From NCBI GenBank assembly GCA_040220235.1, contig JAVJTO010000154.1: a stretch of 15,578 nt of DNA; one strand, given 5' to 3'. Below are positions 14,161-15,578 of this stretch, piece after piece. Every line of letters begins with the position of its first letter. Position 1 is the first letter of the stretch. This DNA comes from Coleofasciculus sp. B1-GNL1-01 (GTDB taxonomy: Bacteria > Cyanobacteriota > Cyanobacteriia > Cyanobacteriales > Coleofasciculaceae). The position numbers were made by a program, and so were the translations under genes. Under the pieces are notes generated by a model, which saw only the letters and a list, made by a program, of their open reading frames with translations, searched no databases and was not told the DNA's origin.

Positions 14161-14342
14161 GGGGCGGGTAGGGTGCGTAGGGTGCGTAGGGTGCGTTAGC
14201 GAAGCGTAACGCACCAATTCAAAGGAGTAACGCACCATTTCAAACGAAAATAGTTAAACCTGCCCCTACGTATCGGTTAGGGCGGGTTTTGTACAAACCT
14301 TACCATCAATACCCATAAGGAAATCCCTAAACCCGCCCCTAC
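14158..14342. repeat. Two adjacent REPIN-like elements, the first interrupted by a second REP family
   Basis: GTCGGGGCGG(14158)...AAACCTGCCCCTAC(14269) encloses GTAGGGTGC x3 and the hairpin GGTGCGTTA-GCGAAGCG-TAACGCACC. It is followed by GTTAGGGCGGGTTT(14276)...AAACCCGCCCCTAC(14342). Confidence 0.85.
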
Positions 14343-14378
14343 AAAATTAAAATTCAACACTCAAAACTCAATACTAAA

Positions 14379-15359
14379 ATGTCTAATTCTCCATCAACAG
14401 AACAAACCGATAAAACGGGTAAAACTCGCCAACTTTTAGGCATGAAAGGTGCCGCTCCGGGTGAAAAATCTATCTGGAAGATTCGTCTCCAGTTAATGAA
14501 ACCGATTACCTGGATTCCCCTAATCTGGGGGGTGGTGTGTGGCGCAGCGTCGGGTGGTGGATATACCTGGACGTCAGAAGATATTCTGAGAGCGGTAACT
14601 TGTATGTTGCTGTCGGGTCCGTTGATGGCGGGGTATACTCAAACCCTGAATGACTTCTATGATCGCGAACTGGATGCGATTAATGAACCCTACCGCCCGA
14701 TTCCCTCTGGGGCAATTTCGGTGCCTCAAGTGGTGACTCAGATTGTTGTGCTGCTGCTAGCGGGTATCGGTGTGGCGTATGGGTTAGATCAATGGGTGGG
14801 TCATGAGTTTCCCACGTTAACCTGTTTAACGCTTTTTGGGGCGTTTCTTGCTTATATTTACTCAGCGCCGCCATTGAAGTTGAAAAAGAATGGTTGGCTG
14901 GGAAACTATGCCCTCGGTGCGAGTTATATTGCCCTTCCTTGGTGGGCGGGTCATGCTTTATTTGGGGAGCTGAATTGGACGATTGTGATTCTTACCCTGA
15001 TTTATAGTATGGCAGGTTTAGGGATTGCCGTGGTTAATGACTTTAAGAGTGTGGAAGGCGATCGCCAATTGGGGCTGAAGTCTATTCCTGTGATGTTTGG
15101 TGTGGGTACGGCGGCTTGGATTTGTGTGCTGATGATTGATATTTTTCAAGCTGGGATTGCGGGGTATTTGATTAGCATTCATCAAAATCTCTATGCGGCA
15201 ATCCTGTTGCTGTTAATTATTCCTCAGATTACATTTCAGGATATGTACTTCCTGCGATCGCCCCTGGAAAATGATGTGAAATATCAAGCCAGCGCTCAAC
15301 CGTTTTTGGTTCTGGGGATGCTGGTTGCAGGGTTAGCGTTAGGTCATGCGGGGATTTAG
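14379..15359 (+). CDS. chlG: Chlorophyll a synthase (UbiA prenyltransferase family)
   Basis: RQLLGMKGA, IRLQLMKPITWIPLIWGV, NDFYDRELDAINEPYRPIPSG, NDFKSVEGD, NDVKYQASAQPF. Confidence 0.98.
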   Translation: MSNSPSTEQTDKTGKTRQLLGMKGAAPGEKSIWKIRLQLMKPITWIPLIWGVVCGAASGGGYTWTSEDILRAVTCMLLSGPLMAGYTQTLNDFYDRELDAINEPYRPIPSGAISVPQVVTQIVVLLLAGIGVAYGLDQWVGHEFPTLTCLTLFGAFLAYIYSAPPLKLKKNGWLGNYALGASYIALPWWAGHALFGELNWTIVILTLIYSMAGLGIAVVNDFKSVEGDRQLGLKSIPVMFGVGTAAWICVLMIDIFQAGIAGYLISIHQNLYAAILLLLIIPQITFQDMYFLRSPLENDVKYQASAQPFLVLGMLVAGLALGHAGI

Positions 15360-15452
15360 GGGGGGTTGGAAGAGGGGAGTACGAGAATCCGCTTCCCCTT
15401 CTGCCTTTTGGGATTATTCCATTTGGCAACAGGGGGTCAATGGTTCTGACGC

Positions 15453-15578
15453 TAGTGGGCTGTCCAGTCAGCTTTGACGAGTTGACCTTGTCTGTGTATC
15501 CTAATTGAGAGTGAGCGTTCTCAACCTAAGTTCTCCTAGAGTTCTTTGATGAATAAAAAATATATAGTCAGGCTGACA
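15453..15578 (+). mobile_element. Probable left end of an IS630-family insertion sequence (truncated by window)
   Basis: CTAG site (15452-15455) followed by TGGGCTGTCCAGTCAGCTTTGACGAG, resembling IS630-type ends from recall. About 95 bp later an ORF starts MNKKYIVRLT. Confidence 0.6.
15549..15578 (+). CDS. First 10 codons of a probable IS630-family transposase (HTH region)
   Basis: ATG AAT AAA AAA TAT ATA GTC AGG CTG ACA = MNKKYIVRLT, matching the common M.KKY.V.LT.EER start of IS630 transposases. Only 10 codons are visible. Confidence 0.6.
   Translation, partial: MNKKYIVRLT

Larger units (their letters stand above)
3766..15261. repeat. HIP1 octamers (GCGATCGC), dispersed
   Basis: At least 14 copies counted by eye (e.g. 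3766, 6954, 7016, 7708, 9883, 10559, 11220, 11492, 11863, 12447, 13074, 13285, 15058, 15254). This is a hallmark of many cyanobacteria. Confidence 0.9.

Noticed and set aside
15369..15408. Possible intrinsic terminator after chlG
   Set aside because: The stem is imperfect with a large loop and a short, displaced U-tract, so it is not well enough supported.
5228..15429. Remaining short ORFs overlapping patU, the TgpA-like gene, the phosphatase, argH, petP/get3d and chlG
   Set aside because: They overlap well-supported genes in antisense or alternative frames and show no recognisable motifs.

Overview
Cyanobacterial chromosomal window, with at least 14 HIP1 GCGATCGC octamers plus chlG and petP. 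hetZ/patU and the repeat content suggest a filamentous lineage (inference). The left edge holds an IS200/IS605-superfamily OMEGA locus that the ORF track missed: the 5' part of an iscB RNA-guided nuclease gene (minus strand, start 532, running off the window) preceded by a ~240-nt omegaRNA/HEARO-type scaffold and its flank-derived guide. Next come a zinc-ribbon/coiled-coil/7xWD40 gene and a conserved hypothetical gene divergent from hetZ plus an unsplit patU. A TgpA-like membrane transglutaminase homologue follows, in which the catalytic Cys and His appear replaced, and then an orphan SbtB/PII-like gene. After these lie a cluster of MITE-like elements with a bipartite TATAGCA-N13-TTAGGACA end, a GAF-PP2C (RsbU-like) phosphatase, a small membrane protein, argH and petP-get3d(ArsA-like)-chlG. 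The right edge probably carries the left end and first 10 codons of an IS630-type transposase. Intergenic spaces contain GTAG-headed REP/REPIN-like palindromes, some nested, and STRR2-like heptamers placed right after stop codons. All family calls come from manual motif recognition; no database searches were run.
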